From: Vicugna vicugna
Taxonomy: Eukaryota
Assembly (NCBI GenBank): GCA_013265495.1
Contig: MU058463.1
Span: forward strand, 806,001-870,000
Direction: 5' to 3'
DNA length: 64,000 nt
The notes below the pieces were generated by a model. The model ran no database searches, had not been told where the DNA came from, and was given only the letters and a program-made list of their open reading frames with translations. Positions 1 through 14,754 of this stretch are shown one piece after another. The position numbers and the translations under genes are program-made. How positions within the stretch are numbered: position 1 is the stretch's first letter; every line of letters begins with the position of its first letter.

Positions 1-1409
1 AACGTTCCTTATAAGCCTGATTTACATTAGGAAAAGATGAAGTGGTTATAACCTCACAATAAAAATCAGTCCTGATAATTACAGTATTTAGCTTGGATTC
101 ATGCGTATTCATGCATAACTTGTGAATAATTGTGGACAATTCAAGACTGTAGAATTTATAAAGACTTACTAATGCAAAAAAAAAAAAAGTTCAGGAAATA
201 GGAGAAGCCCAAGCTATTTGAATGATCTATCTACATAATCTTTCAAATTCATATCATTTTGGAACAAGCATCACAACTTTGAGGATGTTTGCTGCCTGCT
301 TTGGTTTATCCTCCTTTAGGCAGAGACTGTACATCAAAGCAAGAAAAGAATTGATAATCATTCACATTTTGTTCAGTCAGTAAAGAGCTTTACCAAATGA
401 TACGTAGGAAAAAAGATTGGATTTTTATATAAAATGAGCAGTGCAATCATTAACGACAACAGTATTAAGTAATTCATGAATATTTATGACTCTTCTCCAC
501 GTAGTTTGATTAAGTCTTTGAGAGCCTTCATTATTTAAATGATTTGTGGAGGGTGAGGTTATTTTAAAGTCAATAATTTTTTCTCACATGTATATGAACT
601 CTCAAGCTGGAAGCTACATAGTTTGTTGAAATATAAAAACATTGCTGGCAATACTCAAGTCAGTTAAACGTCTGTTAAATTTCTGGTATATTGTAATCAT
701 TGTTTTAGGCCAAGGTGGGGATGGGAGAAACAGGAAGCCCTATGGAATCTAAAAGAAAGGGCAACATATCCCCTACAGAAAAGAAATGTAGAACAGGTGA
801 GAGGAAAGAAAGAAAAGATGTGCCAACAAAAATTAACTAGGAAAAAACTTGAAAGAAAGAAAGCAATATGTAATATTTGTGAAGTGTTAAATATCCATGA
901 AATGTTGAAAGCACTTATTATTTTGGTATACTATTGTTCTAAGAAGTCTGTAAACTGTGTTAAGTTAGGATAGGTTAATTGTTGCCTGTAACAAAGGATC
1001 AAACACTGCCATAGAAGAGATGGACCTTGATTTCTTATAATTAAGGGTAACTCTATCGTGACTTTCTCTAACATAGCTGTAAATGTCAGGAATTTTGAAA
1101 TGTCAAATCAAACTTTAACTGCCTGATTAAACAAATAGTAAAAAAAAAAATAGAATCATGAAATATTGCAACATGATAATTGGCTCTATATTAGTCAAAT
1201 GAACCACAAAACTCTGCTTTCTTCCTTAAAAAGTAAGATAGCTAAAGTCTCCAAATGCCTGGGATTTAACCTTTCTGGTATCATAAATGCACTGTGAAAT
1301 ACAAAATATCTGTAAATATTTACTTATCTTTCTATCTAATAGAATGTGATATTTTACTGAAAGTCTGCATATTGTCTTATTTGAATCTCTGTTAATTATA
1401 ATTTTGTAA

Positions 1410-1820
1410 ATTATAGTCATTTATTACTGTGTCAATTTAGTTAAGCTACAACTACATTGTTCAGAATTATTTTACCAAATGGCTTCAAGTTAGTGTTGGC
1501 CACAAGACAAATTTCTGTGAGACTTTTAAGGCAGAAATGAAGTATATTTATACTCTGAAAATTGAAGGAGGGTATCAGTTACCTTGGCAGTTTGACATGT
1601 TGCCACTAATGTGTTTAGTCATCTTGTTGACCTGGGACATGCAGTTTCTCCACTTCCCACCCCATCTTCTCCTACATCTTTTGTTCTCTTGGACTAGGAT
1701 AAAGAGTGGCATATACTCCTCTATGAGGTCCCAAATACATAGGCCCTAAACATTATGATAAATTCCCTATTCTGTTACACTCAGAGTGGTTTTGGTTCTC
1801 TCTGAATAAAAATGTATTGT
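1410..1820 (+). mobile_element. ERVL-class LTR (MLT2F-like), 5' LTR of decayed provirus
   Basis: 'ttactgtgtcaatttagttaagctacaactaca...gttggccacaagacaaatttctgtgagact' resembles the MLT2F consensus as recalled; followed directly by ERVL-internal-like 'gattccagaggaaaagaaccttaa'. Confidence 0.7.
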
Positions 1821-2104
1821 TAGAAAAATAGGTATAGTAAGAGATTCCAGAGGAAAAGAACCTTAATGAATGGTTTTTTGAATTGGGTATGAGTTATCTA
1901 GAAGTGATTCTCTAACCTGATTATATCTAGACATTAATGACACTGTTTCCAGTTACTTAAATGATCTCCTGTAGACACCTGTATTAAGTATTTATGGAGG
2001 ACAAAACCTTGGAGGATCAGTAAGTTGCTATTATAGAATAGTTTCATGAAAATAAGGTGTATAATGTTTTGTTTTATTTTTAATATTTGTTAAGGTGCAC
2101 TGGG

Positions 2105-3050
2105 TGTCATAAGCAAAATTCTAAGGTAGTCCCCAAGATTCCTGCCCCATTGTGTTCATGCCTTGTGTAATCCCCTCCCCTTGCATGTGTGCAAAAGTTG
2201 TTAATATAATAGAATATCTTTCCCATGAATAGTTTACTAATCTCTTGGCCTTTATATTATGAAACATATGATAAGGGATAGGCCTGCCCTAATTTGGTGA
2301 GTCCTTAGAACAAGGTGAAACATCAGACAGTTTGCCTGCTGGCCTTGAAGGAGCAATCTGAAATGCTGTGGAGTCACAGTGCAGGGAACTGCAGACTATC
2401 TCTAGTAGCTGAGAACAGTCCCTGGTGGATAACCACCAAGAAAGCAAGGAGCTCAGCCCTCCAACCACAGGGAAGTCAATTTTTCCACCAGTCCAGATAG
2501 GTTTAGAATACGACTCTGAGCCTAAGATGAGAATGCAGGCCTAACTGAGACCTTGATTTCAGCCTGGTGAGTCCCTGAGCAGAGGTTTCAGTGAATCTGT
2601 GCACAGATTCATTACCCAGAGAAATTTAAATGTCATAAATTTGTGTTGCTTTAAGTCACTCTTTTATTTTGTTTTTATTGACATATAGTTAGTTGATTTA
2701 CAGTGTTAGTTTCAGATGTACATCAAAGTGATTCAGTGATATATATACATACATATATATATATTATCAGATTCTTTTCCGTTTTAGGTTATTACAAGAA
2801 ACTGAATACAACTCCCTGTGCTGTATAGTAGGTCCTCATTGTTTGTCTTTTCTTTATATATAGTAGTGTGTGTCTGTTAATTCCAAAATTCTAATTTATC
2901 CCTCCCTCACTTCCCCCTTTGGTAACCATAGTTGCTTTTCTATGTCTATCACTCTATTTCTGGTTTGCAAATAAAATCTGTATCTTTTACAAGCCAGAAA
3001 TAAGTCACTAATTTTGTAGTAATTTATTGGGAAACAATAGAAAACTAATA
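2105..3050 (+). mobile_element. MaLR LTR (MLT1E-like), split by an L1 insertion
   Basis: Start 'aattctaaggtagtccccaagattcc' and end 'taagtcactaattttgtagtaatt...aatagaaaactaataga' are typical MLT1 termini; MaLR-internal-like sequence follows at ~3051-3350. Confidence 0.75.
2661..3000 (-). mobile_element. 5'-truncated L1 3' end
   Basis: T-rich start then 'ttattgacatatagtt...tacatcaaagtgattcag...ctttggtaaccata' (antisense L1 3'UTR); flanked by direct repeat TAAGTCACT at 2652-2660 and 3001-3009. Confidence 0.85.
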
Positions 3051-3359
3051 GAGATATTATTACCTAGAAGTGGAGTGCTTCTATAAAAAATACCTAAAAA
3101 TGTGAGAGTGGCTTTGGAAGGAGGCAATGGGCAGAAGTTAGAAGGATTTTGAGGAATATGATATAAGAAGCCTAAATTTCCTGAACAGACTGCTGGTAAA
3201 AATATGGACTTGCAGGATGCAGCTGGGAAGGCCTCAAAAGGAGTGAGGGAAACATAACTGTAAACTGAAGAAAGAAGCATCCTTGTTGTGTAGGGGCAAA
3301 AAGCCAATGTTTAGAAAGGAATAGGACACTGAAAATTGTGATAGACATATGCTTTCAGA

Positions 3360-6300
3360 CTGAGGTTAATTGGGGACCTTGAATTCATAAAATTTTGCTA
3401 AGCTTCCTTTGCCAGTAGAAGCACAATTTTCTCCCTGTCTGAAGAGGTAGTCTACTTTTGTCTGAAGCAACTTTAGTGACCTCCCCTCTAGTGCTGTTGT
3501 TCCAAGGGACTTCTGATTCTCCTCAAGGTCTAACTCCCCACAACTTGTTACTTCTAGATCTATAACTAAATTTATATTCCCACAAGGCCAGAGAAGAAGG
3601 TACGAAGTATGTGTCATGAGAAGGTCTTAATGCACACAAAAGGATTACCAAGATTTTGCAAATTTCTATAGGTAGGAAACTGAGGAACACATGTTGGGAT
3701 TAAGTCTAAAGGTGTTAGATCACATTTTAGAAATATAGTGTTAGGTCAGGCTGAATTTATACCCTTTACGTAGATATTCCACATTTAACACTTACCTCAA
3801 TATTCAGTAGATATAAGCATTCGTTTACTTAGCTCAACTTGCTAAGAGTGCCCCTAAAATTTTGCTTAGCTGATTGTCTTGGATCCGAATGTGCACCACA
3901 CTAAATGAGAGGGAAATAGCAGAACTTCTTTAGTGTGCTGTAGATGAAGGTCTCCAAATGCTGAGGGAGATTGGAATGCTTGAATGGGTTTATTGTATAC
4001 AACTTGCTAACTGTGTCTCACAGAGGTTATAAAGGACAGCCCTTTTCAAATACAGAAAATACATTCATGAGTGGAGCCTTTTCATGTTTGAATAATTCTG
4101 TCATGGCTGTTCTTTGTAAGCCAGAAATGACAGTGGAAACTGCTGCTGCTGAACTGAGTTTCCAGATTTAATGAGGAAATTCAGATCTGTGCCAAGTTGT
4201 AACTCTTAACTGTCAAAGACAATGTATGTATGTTTACCAAAATGGGTGCCAGAACCAACACACAAATCAGAATGGCCTAGCCTTCAGAGATTTTTGGCAT
4301 TGGCTAGTTGAACATTGTATTTGTAAACTGAAATACATGTGTAGGCTACTAAACTTGTTTAAATAACTACAAGTTTGGTTAATGAAAGTATTTCAAAAAA
4401 TCACAGACTCTAAATGAATTCTCACACCTTAGCCAGTCTACAGGCATATGATCTCTTTATTAAAGTGGAGGCCAGGCCCCCTTAAGGAAGGATCTTTCCA
4501 TAAACCCCAAAAAGTGAATACTCATAATTTCTTTCTGTCTTTGCCCAAATACCCTGTGGCCATTTACAAGACTGGCTATCCAAGGGCAAAGGAGAAAAAA
4601 TTCAGACTTTTAAGGGATTACCGGATTGTGTCTGCAAAATGACCTTAATCCTAGAGACCTGAAATGCCTTTGTGGTCTACTAGTCAGGTTTGAGGCTTAT
4701 GAAGATCAGGTGAGCAATGGAGTTTTGGCTTGTTTTCATTTCACAGAGGGCCTGGTGAATCCCTGAACACAACCTGGGTTACTTCCCATAATTTGGAATA
4801 GTTGCACTTAGCAACTGGCAGAATTTGCACATTGATTAACAGGGCTATTTTAATAAGAAAGGTCAGGTGGAAGCCACTAGAACTGGTTCTAGTAAAGAAG
4901 TAAGTCAAAATCAATAATAAAGGTATTGCAGAAATAAATGACAATCTAAAAGACTTGAAAAGTGCAAGAATAGTGATTCATGCTACATTCTCATTCAAGT
5001 TGCCTATTTGGGTCATACACGATCCAGATGGATCTTGGAGAATAATAATGGATTATCATCATCTCAATCATATATTGACTCCAATTGCAGCTGCTGCTAC
5101 AGATGAAGTTTTGTAGCTGGAATAAATTAACATATCCCTCAGTCAGCACCTGGTATGCAGCTATTGATCTGGGAAATGATTTTCTCTATATTTATGTTGT
5201 AAAAAAACATCAAAAGCACTTTTCTTTCAGCTGAACATACCAGTAGTATATCTTCGCTGCCCTACCTCATAACTACATAACTCTCTAATCCTATTCCATA
5301 CTCTAGCCTAGAGCAACCTTGATCACCTCTCCATTCCAGCTGAATGGTCTATTATATTGGTTTGTAATATTTTTGAGTAGGTCCCAGAATACGAGGGTGA
5401 CTTGCAACAGGTCCAGGCTGTAATACATGGACCATACAACCTAGCAGATGAGACGGTGTTAAAGTAATCCATGGCTGAATGGTATTATACTGCCTCCTCT
5501 CTCTCAACCCACATGTATGAAATCTGGGGGAATTTCATGAGTAGCAGCTGATCAGAAAAGTTTCTGGTTTATTTATAGATGTTTTTGTGTAACACACTGG
5601 CACTACTTGAAAGTACACAGGTGCAGCTCTAAAAGGGGTTACTCTGGGGTCACTGTAAAGGAAGGTAACACTAAATGTTTGTTACCTTTATAAAGAAATA
5701 TCTAAAACTTCAAACAGTGGACCTGTTTGTTAATTTTCTGTGGAAAGAGAGATGGCCAGAGGTATGGATCTCCTCTGATTTGCCTTAATGGTCATGGATT
5801 TGGGAAGAACAAAATGGGGAGATCAACACAAGTAAGCCTGGATGAATGGTGCATGGTCTTTCTGACGGGGCATTGGATGTGAAGATAGGTGTGCCCCCTG
5901 TGAAAACTCACCAAAGTGCAAGGAAAATCACATTAACCAAGTAGACAAGTTGACCCATTCTCAGGTTATCAGTAAACCCATCTTTTTATCTATACCTGCC
6001 CTTGCCCACTGGGTTCATGAGCTAAATGTTCATAGCAACAGTGATGACAATGCCTAGGGTCAGGAATCTTGACTACTCAACAAGGATGTTGTAGCTAGAG
6101 GTACAAATACTCTCCCACCTGCCCAAAGCTGAGACAACATGAAGCCCACCAAATGGCACCATAATCTGGGTCTACCAGTCAATTACCTGGCAAATTAAAT
6201 GCTAAATTAAATAGGACGTCTCCATTCATGGTAACAGCAGCATTTTATTCTCAATGGAATAAACCCTTATACCACATATGGATTTCTCTTTCTTTTCCAG

Positions 6301-6620
6301 AATGCTTCTGCCAGAACCACCATTAGCAAACTTACAGAATGCCTTATTTACCATCATAGTATTCCATGCAGCATTGCTTGTGACAAGAAACTCATTCAGT
6401 GCAAATGAGTATAGCAAAGGGCTCGTGTTAATCAAATTTATTGGCCTTTCCATGTACCCTATTACCTGAAACAGCTATCCTGAGTTATGGTATGACCTTT
6501 AGACGATTCATAGATGCCATGTATTGGGCACTCTATAAGAAAGAGGATAATGGTTTTTATTTTAAAAATCCAGAAATCGAAAGACCTAGATCTTCCATAA
6601 GTCCCAGAGTTAATTACAAG
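3360..6620 (+). mobile_element. Decayed ERVL internal region (gag-pol remnants)
   Basis: At ~5025-5095 reads DGSWRIIMDYHHLNHILTPIAAA and at ~5150-5180 WYAAIDLGN, matching ERVL reverse transcriptase motifs; many stops and frameshifts. Confidence 0.85.
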
Positions 6621-6624
6621 ATGG

Positions 6625-7223
<599 letters not shown>

Positions 7224-8299
7224 GATGGGTCTAGAACTCAGTAATATTGGTATCCAAAGCACATTGTCTTTCCTATTTACTCTACCCCTTCTCTTATAGC
7301 CAGGATTATAATTACATTATTCATTAAATATCTGTGTACTTATGGAACTTCTTGTTAATTACTCCTTCTTTCCAAATCAAACTAAAATAGCCTCTATTAT
7401 CCCTTTTTCCCCCTTCACTGGAACAGAAATTAAAATACTTATAAAAACATGTTTTAAACAAGGATATATTTTTGCATTCCCTCCTTACCCTCTTGGAAAT
7501 CTTATAAAACCAAAAAAAAAAAAAGTGTATTTGTTTTAATCTTTGAAAAATTCAGAAATTCTATTTTTAGAGAATTTTGGAGATAAATATAATCCCTAAA
7601 CTCAAAAATACATATCAAGACTACCAAAAGGAGCTGAGGCTGAGCAGAAGTTACCTGAATCAAAGTGAAGACAAAAAGCATCACAAAATGCTAAGAGAGC
7701 TAGCTATCCTTGACATCACTCAAAAAACTGTGGACCAGAACATCTACAGCTCAAATGCTCATTTGGAAGTCAAAAGCACTAATGGGTAAAGTCACTGGTT
7801 TGATTCAAAGAAGCAAAAGACATAAAGCTACACAAAGAATGACAAAGATGGGCCATATTTTAATGCCTAGAATAAAGATGAGCCTCCCTTTAGTCACACT
7901 GCAAGGCCGCATGAATAAGTGCTGACTAATAAGATGTAAGTCATCTGAACTTCCTGAAAACTTTCCAAGATGACTCAAAGGTTCCATTTGCACTCATCCT
8001 CTCCCCCTTCCCCATGCTTGCGATTGAAATGTTATGCCAGGGTGGTGGAGCAGATGGAAAGAGCTTCCTAAGAGATAAATAAGCTTCTCTCTTGTTTAAG
8101 CCAATTTATTTTGGATTTTCTTTTGAATGGCAGCTAAACCTCATCAAAAGAATTCTTTACAAATATATGTGGGTTCAAATTTTATTTGATGGCATTTCCA
8201 AGAAGAAATTAAAGATAACAATTCCAATAATTTATTGCTTAAACAGGAAAAGTTTTATATAAAAGAAGACTAAAAATATATGTGTTAAGTGAGGATACC

Positions 8300-8690
8300 A
8301 TAGGCAGCAGGTAAAATAGGTTCCAAATTCCATTGTCTTTAAAAGATTGTCATTGTCTCCTACAGTCCCGCCCTCTTCTTGAAACTGCAACACAACCTCT
8401 AGATTTCACAAAAAGAGAAACCCAAAATGTGTTATCTTTATGAAGAAATGACACATAGATTTATATTTTTCATTTAGTGGATTCAATAATTTTTTTGTCT
8501 GGGTCAGTTTTAGTTTCTGCAGAATTGGAATGCTGTATCTGATGACTGTGGGTCATCTGTCCATTTATAAGTTTAATCATATGATACTCTTGCTCTTCAA
8601 ATAGCTAACGAAGAAATGAAGAATGAAATCCAGTGTTTGCAGGCATTTTTACATGGTGTCTGAAGTTTGTTGGCAACCAAGAATAAATAC
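8300..8690 (-). pseudogene. Candidate decayed exon of a C-type-lectin-like gene
   Basis: Minus-strand fragments YKWTDD (8552-8569) then CV/FLHKDNTFWVS/FCE with frameshifts (~8405-8456), in CTLD order; splice sites not defined. Confidence 0.3.
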
Positions 8691-9070
8691 AGTAAATATA
8701 AAGTGAAGTAGGTCTATATAACAATGGTATGCATACATGCATAACTCAGAACATGTTGAACAACAAAAGTTAAAATGTATGGAAATTTATAGAGAAATAT
8801 CACTTGTGTAAATTATGAACAGGTACATTCATGAAACAATATCATGCAATCTCAGATAGCGCACACACACACACACACACACACATCTCTATTGCCTGCA
8901 TTAAAGTGAACTCCTCCAGCGAATGGTGTGCCTGAGGAAGACAGTAGTGGGGCAGGGCTAAGGAAAAAGTCTGGAAGGAGAGAGAGAGAGACCTTGGTTA
9001 GATTGTGGGTTCACATCTGCTGTGAGCTAAATAATATGGTTAATTTTTGACTTTGAATTATTGAATTTCA
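8690..9070 (+). mobile_element. Old L1 (L1ME-like) 3'UTR fragment with (CA)n
   Basis: 'gcataactcagaacatgttgaacaacaaaag...' resembles an ancient L1 3'UTR; (CA)n at ~8862-8885. Confidence 0.45.
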
Positions 9071-9071
9071 T

Positions 9072-9102
9072 ATATATGTGTGTGTGTGTAGCTTCTATAT
9101 AT

Positions 9103-9135
<33 letters not shown>
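9072..9135. repeat. (TA)/(TG)n microsatellite
   Basis: Direct reading. Confidence 0.95.
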
Positions 9136-9137
<2 letters not shown>

Positions 9138-12100
9138 GCATCTGTATATACATGTGTATGTTTTTTTAGTCATCCTGTAGAGACATCTACCCAATATCAC
9201 CTGGGACTGGGAAACAAGGTCGTTTTTTCTGTTTACATTGTCAAATTTATTTATTTATGCATTTTAAATGGCAGATGCCAACTCTGTGTGCATGTGAGTG
9301 TGTGCTGTGCATAAAAGAGAACACTCTAAGAGCTCTAAGCAGTATCTAAGCACTACTTTTAGACATCTATTTTAAATTCTTTACATTGTTGAAATATTTT
9401 CCTTTTCTTTTCTATGATCTCAAGTCTTTCTTAAATTCTAGTTTTTGTCCCAAATTATATATTGTTTCAATCCTCAAATATGGATCATGTCCCTCTCCTG
9501 TGTAATACAGCTCCCTGTGACTATCACTAGCAGTATCATTGTCATAACCAGACATTTAACTATCCTTCCTCAGGAAAACTTATTTGGCATTTCACTAGTT
9601 TAAAATTTTTACGCATAATTCCAGGAGTAAGCACATCACTTCCAAGGGCTCTCACTTTCTAGATTTGAAAGTGATGCTGCAAATGAGTTATTTGTTCAGC
9701 TTAGTAAAACTGTACTGTATACCTATTCTTGAGGTATTTCTGTCATGACTGAGAAATTATCTCTTCTGTATTTATGTCAAGGTAGATTTATACTGCAAAT
9801 TGTAGGTATTATATAAAGCATAATGCAATTAGTTTCAGAAAAAATACGTGATAAAATAAACATGTGCCGATTAAAACATTTTGAAAAATATTAATCAACA
9901 GAAAAAAATTAACAGACATTACCATTTTAATAGAAGAAAAGCTCCCCTACCCATTCTTCTTTGATATAAACCAGAAGAATCAAATCCTGAAAGGTAGTGA
10001 TTAATCAGAATTATAGAAGTGCTCAATTGGAAGAGATCTTTAAAGCTATTTTATCCAACCTCCTATCCACTGCATGGATTCCCTTTTAAACATTTGGGAT
10101 CCAGGCAGAAGAAATGTAGACAAATTCTCAGATAAAACCCTGAACAACTGAATAGCTATGTTGAAATCTTATACGAACAATTCCTAGGAACCTAGAGAAA
10201 AGACGGATAACAAAAGCATCTAGAGTGCAGACATGCTTACTGCACATCAGGGACAGTGTCACAACCAGTGAGACAGAACTGAGGCACTGGAGCAGAATGC
10301 ACAATGAACTCTGAAGTGTCAGGCGGCAGGCAAAGTAGGTACAAGTTAAAATAAGATCACGTCAGTGTAACCAGGGACCACTTTACTGACAGTCTTAGCA
10401 GCAGTTGATTAGAAAATGCGTAACAAACATGTGAAGGAAAGGACTATAAAAAAAAATCCATTAGCAATGTTATTGAGCTGAATTTTTGCATTCTTGTTAT
10501 GTTTGCTCTAAGACTTCATAGTAAGCTAATTGATGATTAAACTGTGCTTAAATTAAAATTGCAAATAAACTTGAAAATATGAGTGATTTACTGGATTTAA
10601 ATTGAATTGCTATAATCTTAGAGAAGCAAGACAATTCTTTCAATGGTCCCTAATAAAGTCGTCTGAAGAATACAAAAGAGGTGAGTTCACCTTATTAAAT
10701 GGTTTGATTAGTGGAGGAAGCAAGCCACCCATAAAAGACATGTTTGCTTAAGTCTTTTATCATATTCTCGTGTCATTTTCCTAAGCCCTTTCCTTTGAAC
10801 TTTGTTAGGGAGAGTATATATATATATTTCACTGAAAATATCAAACAGACATAATTGAGCAACAATTAAATTCTTAGAAGGTATATATATGCTTTAATGC
10901 TTCCACAGACTTAATTTTATAGAATGAGTAACTAGCTAATAGAATCTCTAGCACACTTATTCGTTATCCCCAAAGCATTTCAAATAATTTTACAGTGTGG
11001 GTACAGGACGAGCATCAGTCATTTGACGGAAAATTAATTATCATGGTTGTATAACTTGTTACAAGTGCATTATTTATAATTTCATCATTTTCTGATGTAG
11101 CAAAATGACTCATTAAAATTTCAGTTTGTATTTGTTTTCCATGTCTATTAAACATTTCCCCCATATCATCCATTCCAAAGGGAAAATCAAGCCTTTTATA
11201 AATTCTTGGTTAGTTTTTGTTTTTTGGGTTTTTGTTTGTTTGTTTGCTTGTTGCTGTTGTTGTTGTTGTTGTATTTTAAGACAGGTAGGGGAAGCTACTG
11301 GAAACAAGCCTCGTTTTTGTGGTAGGGTAAAAGCCCAAGTTATTTATGAGACTTTGTTAAGTGCCCCATTGGGGAAGTGCCGTTTATTTTGAAAATCATT
11401 CCACTGTTAATAAATTCACTCAAAACAAGTCATTATGCTTGCCAAGTTACATATTATCTCAAACATGTTCCTGATAAATATTTACGAAGTTCGTATCAAA
11501 TTGTACTGCATGGGATGGTTTCAACAACCTATCAATATTTTTGAGGTTTTAGTTCAGTTTGGTTTTCATTTTAATGCGGTTTTTAAAAATCTCAAGTCTT
11601 TGATTCAATTAGTTAGCAGTGATTTTGAGGGGCAGCTGAGTTGAATGCCAGCTTGTATGCATTCATCTTTCAAACACTGAACATCATCACATTCTTTTTC
11701 AATGTACACAAACTATACATTGGATCAATTCAGTTATATTTCTGGATTAGGATTCCAGAGGTGTTGAAATCGAGAAAATATCATGATTTATAAAACACTG
11801 ACATTCATTCAACCTTCATAAACATTTTAAAATCAACTCTCATAAGAAATGTACTTCCAAAAGACATAATCATAATAAGTCCAAAGTCTAGAAAATAATC
11901 AGAGTATACTGTACTTTGTTCACAGTGGAATTGGCATGGTAAAACTGCTTCATGCAAACAGAAAATAAATTATAATTAAAATTAAACTAAAGTGTAAGTT
12001 TGAAATGATCAATTACAATTCAAGAGGAAGACTTAGAGGTTTTAAAGCCATTATATTCTACATAAGTTGTAAATTCTAAAATCCTATACTTCAAAAATGT

Positions 12101-12546
12101 AATATTTGGTAAATAGGTAAATTTTATAATCTAATGACCTGGCCATTTAGTAAATTATCTTTCAGCCATTTAATTTTTAAAATTTTATTACAGATTTTCA
12201 CCAGATTTTTGGCCACCCACTCTGTTAGCATCCCCTCTGAGTAGGTGATACTGACTCATGATGAAGTCCTCACCTTCATCAGATTGCTAGGTTCATTAAG
12301 TGGCAGAATAAAAATGCAAATATACTTAGCCTGCTCCTTTTGGGCTGAAACTAATTTCTACCCCCAAGTCCCTGTAAGAAAAACTAGTAAACAATTTTAC
12401 TAGAATTTGTTTTTGTTTGTTTGTTTTCTAATATACATCTGATTTGTCACCAAGAAGGTAGAGTTGGCAGTGGTTTGAGTTGAGGGTAATGGTGTACACC
12501 TGAAAATAACATAATATTATATGTCAACTATATTTTAAAAAATACA

Positions 12547-12690
12547 GGGTGGGCAGGGTATAGCTCAGTGGTAGAGTGCATGCTTAGCATGCATAAGGTC
12601 CTGGGTTCAATCTCCACTACCTCCACTAAAAAATAAATGAATAAGTAAACATAATTACCTCCCTCAAAAAACAAACAAAGAAAAAAGGTG
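12547..12690 (+). mobile_element. tRNA-derived camelid SINE (Vic-1-like)
   Basis: 'gggtatagctcagtggtagagtgcatgcttagcatgcataaggtcctgggttcaatctccactacctcc' has A/B boxes, a tRNA-unrelated tail 'aaacataattacctccc' and an A-rich end; approximate TSD AAAAAATACA/AAAAAACACA; inserted in the A-tail of a short L1 3' end (~12490-12546). Confidence 0.85.
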
Positions 12691-14754
12691 AAAAAACACA
12701 AATACATGTAGTTTTCATTTAACAAGTCAGGCGCTGCAAAATATTTTAAATATTGAATTTTTCTACTGAATAATGAATGTCACTGAAATTGAAAAATGTC
12801 TTAGCTTTTCAATTCTATTTGTTAAAGGGACAAGTCCCTTACTGATCTGAAATGTCTGACATTCTTTTTTTTTCATTGAATAAGTCAGGGAACTCATTAA
12901 AATGCAATTCAGATCCTACCACTGCTCTGCTCATGCTTTCCAGTTCTTCCTGTTTCTATCCAAAGATATTCCAATGTCTTTTATGTAGAGTATAAGATCT
13001 GCAGTGTCTTGCCTTCATGAGTCCTTGACCTCATCTCCCACTGCTCTGCCCTTTTCTCAATGGGCTGCAAATAAATTCAGTCAAAATCCTGCCAGGATTT
13101 TCACATGCTCCCCTTGTCTGCAACATTCTTTTTCCAAATATCCCCATGGATACTACAAAGGAACACTTGAAAACTTAAATGACTATAGGTATGACAAGTT
13201 AATATGCATTTTATTTTTCAAATATATTTTGGACTTTGGGAAGGCTTCATTTAGAAAACTATCTTAATTGCAGTGATTCATTGAAAAGTTTATTACCTTT
13301 TATAAAAGAAAGTAAACATTTTAAACATCTTATCATAAACTTGTTGATTTCTTAGAAATCATATATTTAGCATATATTTTAAATAAATGTTCAGATATAT
13401 GTAGAGGTAATTAAAAAGAATATTTTAACAATTCTGAGGAACTATGAATACATCTCCAGCAGTCAGAAGATGTACCACTTTTTAAGAAGTTACCAAATAA
13501 AACAAAAATCTAAAGGAAAATTCCAAAGTAAACATCAGCAGTACTTACTGATTTTTAAAAGAGATGTGCTTGGAACGTACCCCAAAATACTACTTCTTTC
13601 ATTAACTACTTCTCAGACAAGTCATATTTGCTATACTTTTATTTTAAAATGCATATTCCAACCTACTATGCTAATATTAAAAAGGTAACTTTTTTCTTAG
13701 AGGGATAAATTTATATTTTATTGTAATTACAACATTTGTATATCTCACTTATTAATTCTTTGAAAAATAGTGGGTAATTCAATTAGACATCCAGCAATAT
13801 TTTTCAACAAATAAGTTGCAAAAATATGTCTTTTGGTCATTCAAGTGTATCAGCCCATTTAAGTGTAACAGGAATATGAAAATAGCTGGATAAATTACTA
13901 GTATTTCTTTATTTTTGTGGATTTACAAGGCTTTACAGACTTTCTATTCTTCACAGAAATAAACTATACAAGCAAATAGTTTGTTAGTCTTAAATTTCTT
14001 TCTCATTAAGTGCCAGAAACTGGGTATATTTATTGTTATACCAAAGAAAAGACTGTATTATCTCAAAAATAATTTTGACTAGCAACAATTATATAATTCT
14101 TACTATGTAGAAAAAAGGTTGACACAATGTACAGAATTGAAAGTGGTTTATTTGTTATGTACAGCATATGACAGGTGGCTGAGATAGCAAACATAAGTAA
14201 TAAGCAATACTTTGGGGGAATTTTGTGTAATGTGCCACGATTTGTCAATATTTAAAAAATAATTTGATCAATTATTTTAGCTAGCTCCCTGGTCTGAAAG
14301 TTATGGCATAGACTAGATCATTTCTCATTTCAATGCATGTGTTTTACAGATACCATTATGCTAGAAGACAATGGAGTAGTATAGATGTGAATTTTCAGTA
14401 AATATATTTTGAGTCAGAGGCATGTTTTTGGGTTTCTTATATCTTTTTTTTTTATTTTGGTAATGATTTTACACTTCAGATCATTATATGTCTTTTACAT
14501 AGATTCTGCTATATCTATAGGCCACAACTGCTAGGAAGTTCCACTGAGTTCAGGGAAAAAATAGCAGAACATGGTAGCAAACAGAGTTGGATCTGAATGT
14601 CCAATCAGCCACTTAATAGTAGAAAATTAGATAGATTGATTAATTTCTAGGTGCTTCATTAAGAAGGGTGTGATAACTCCTGCCTCATGGAATTATTGAA
14701 CTTTATGTAAAGTGCATGACTGATAATACATGAATATTAAATGAAAACTACATG

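Noticed and set aside
7577..7993. Cluster of short ORFs
   Set aside because: No splice context or motifs; the region resembles a decayed LTR ending near 8130.
12547..12630. Functional tRNA gene
   Set aside because: Continues into a SINE-specific tail and A-rich end with a TSD; no intact acceptor stem.
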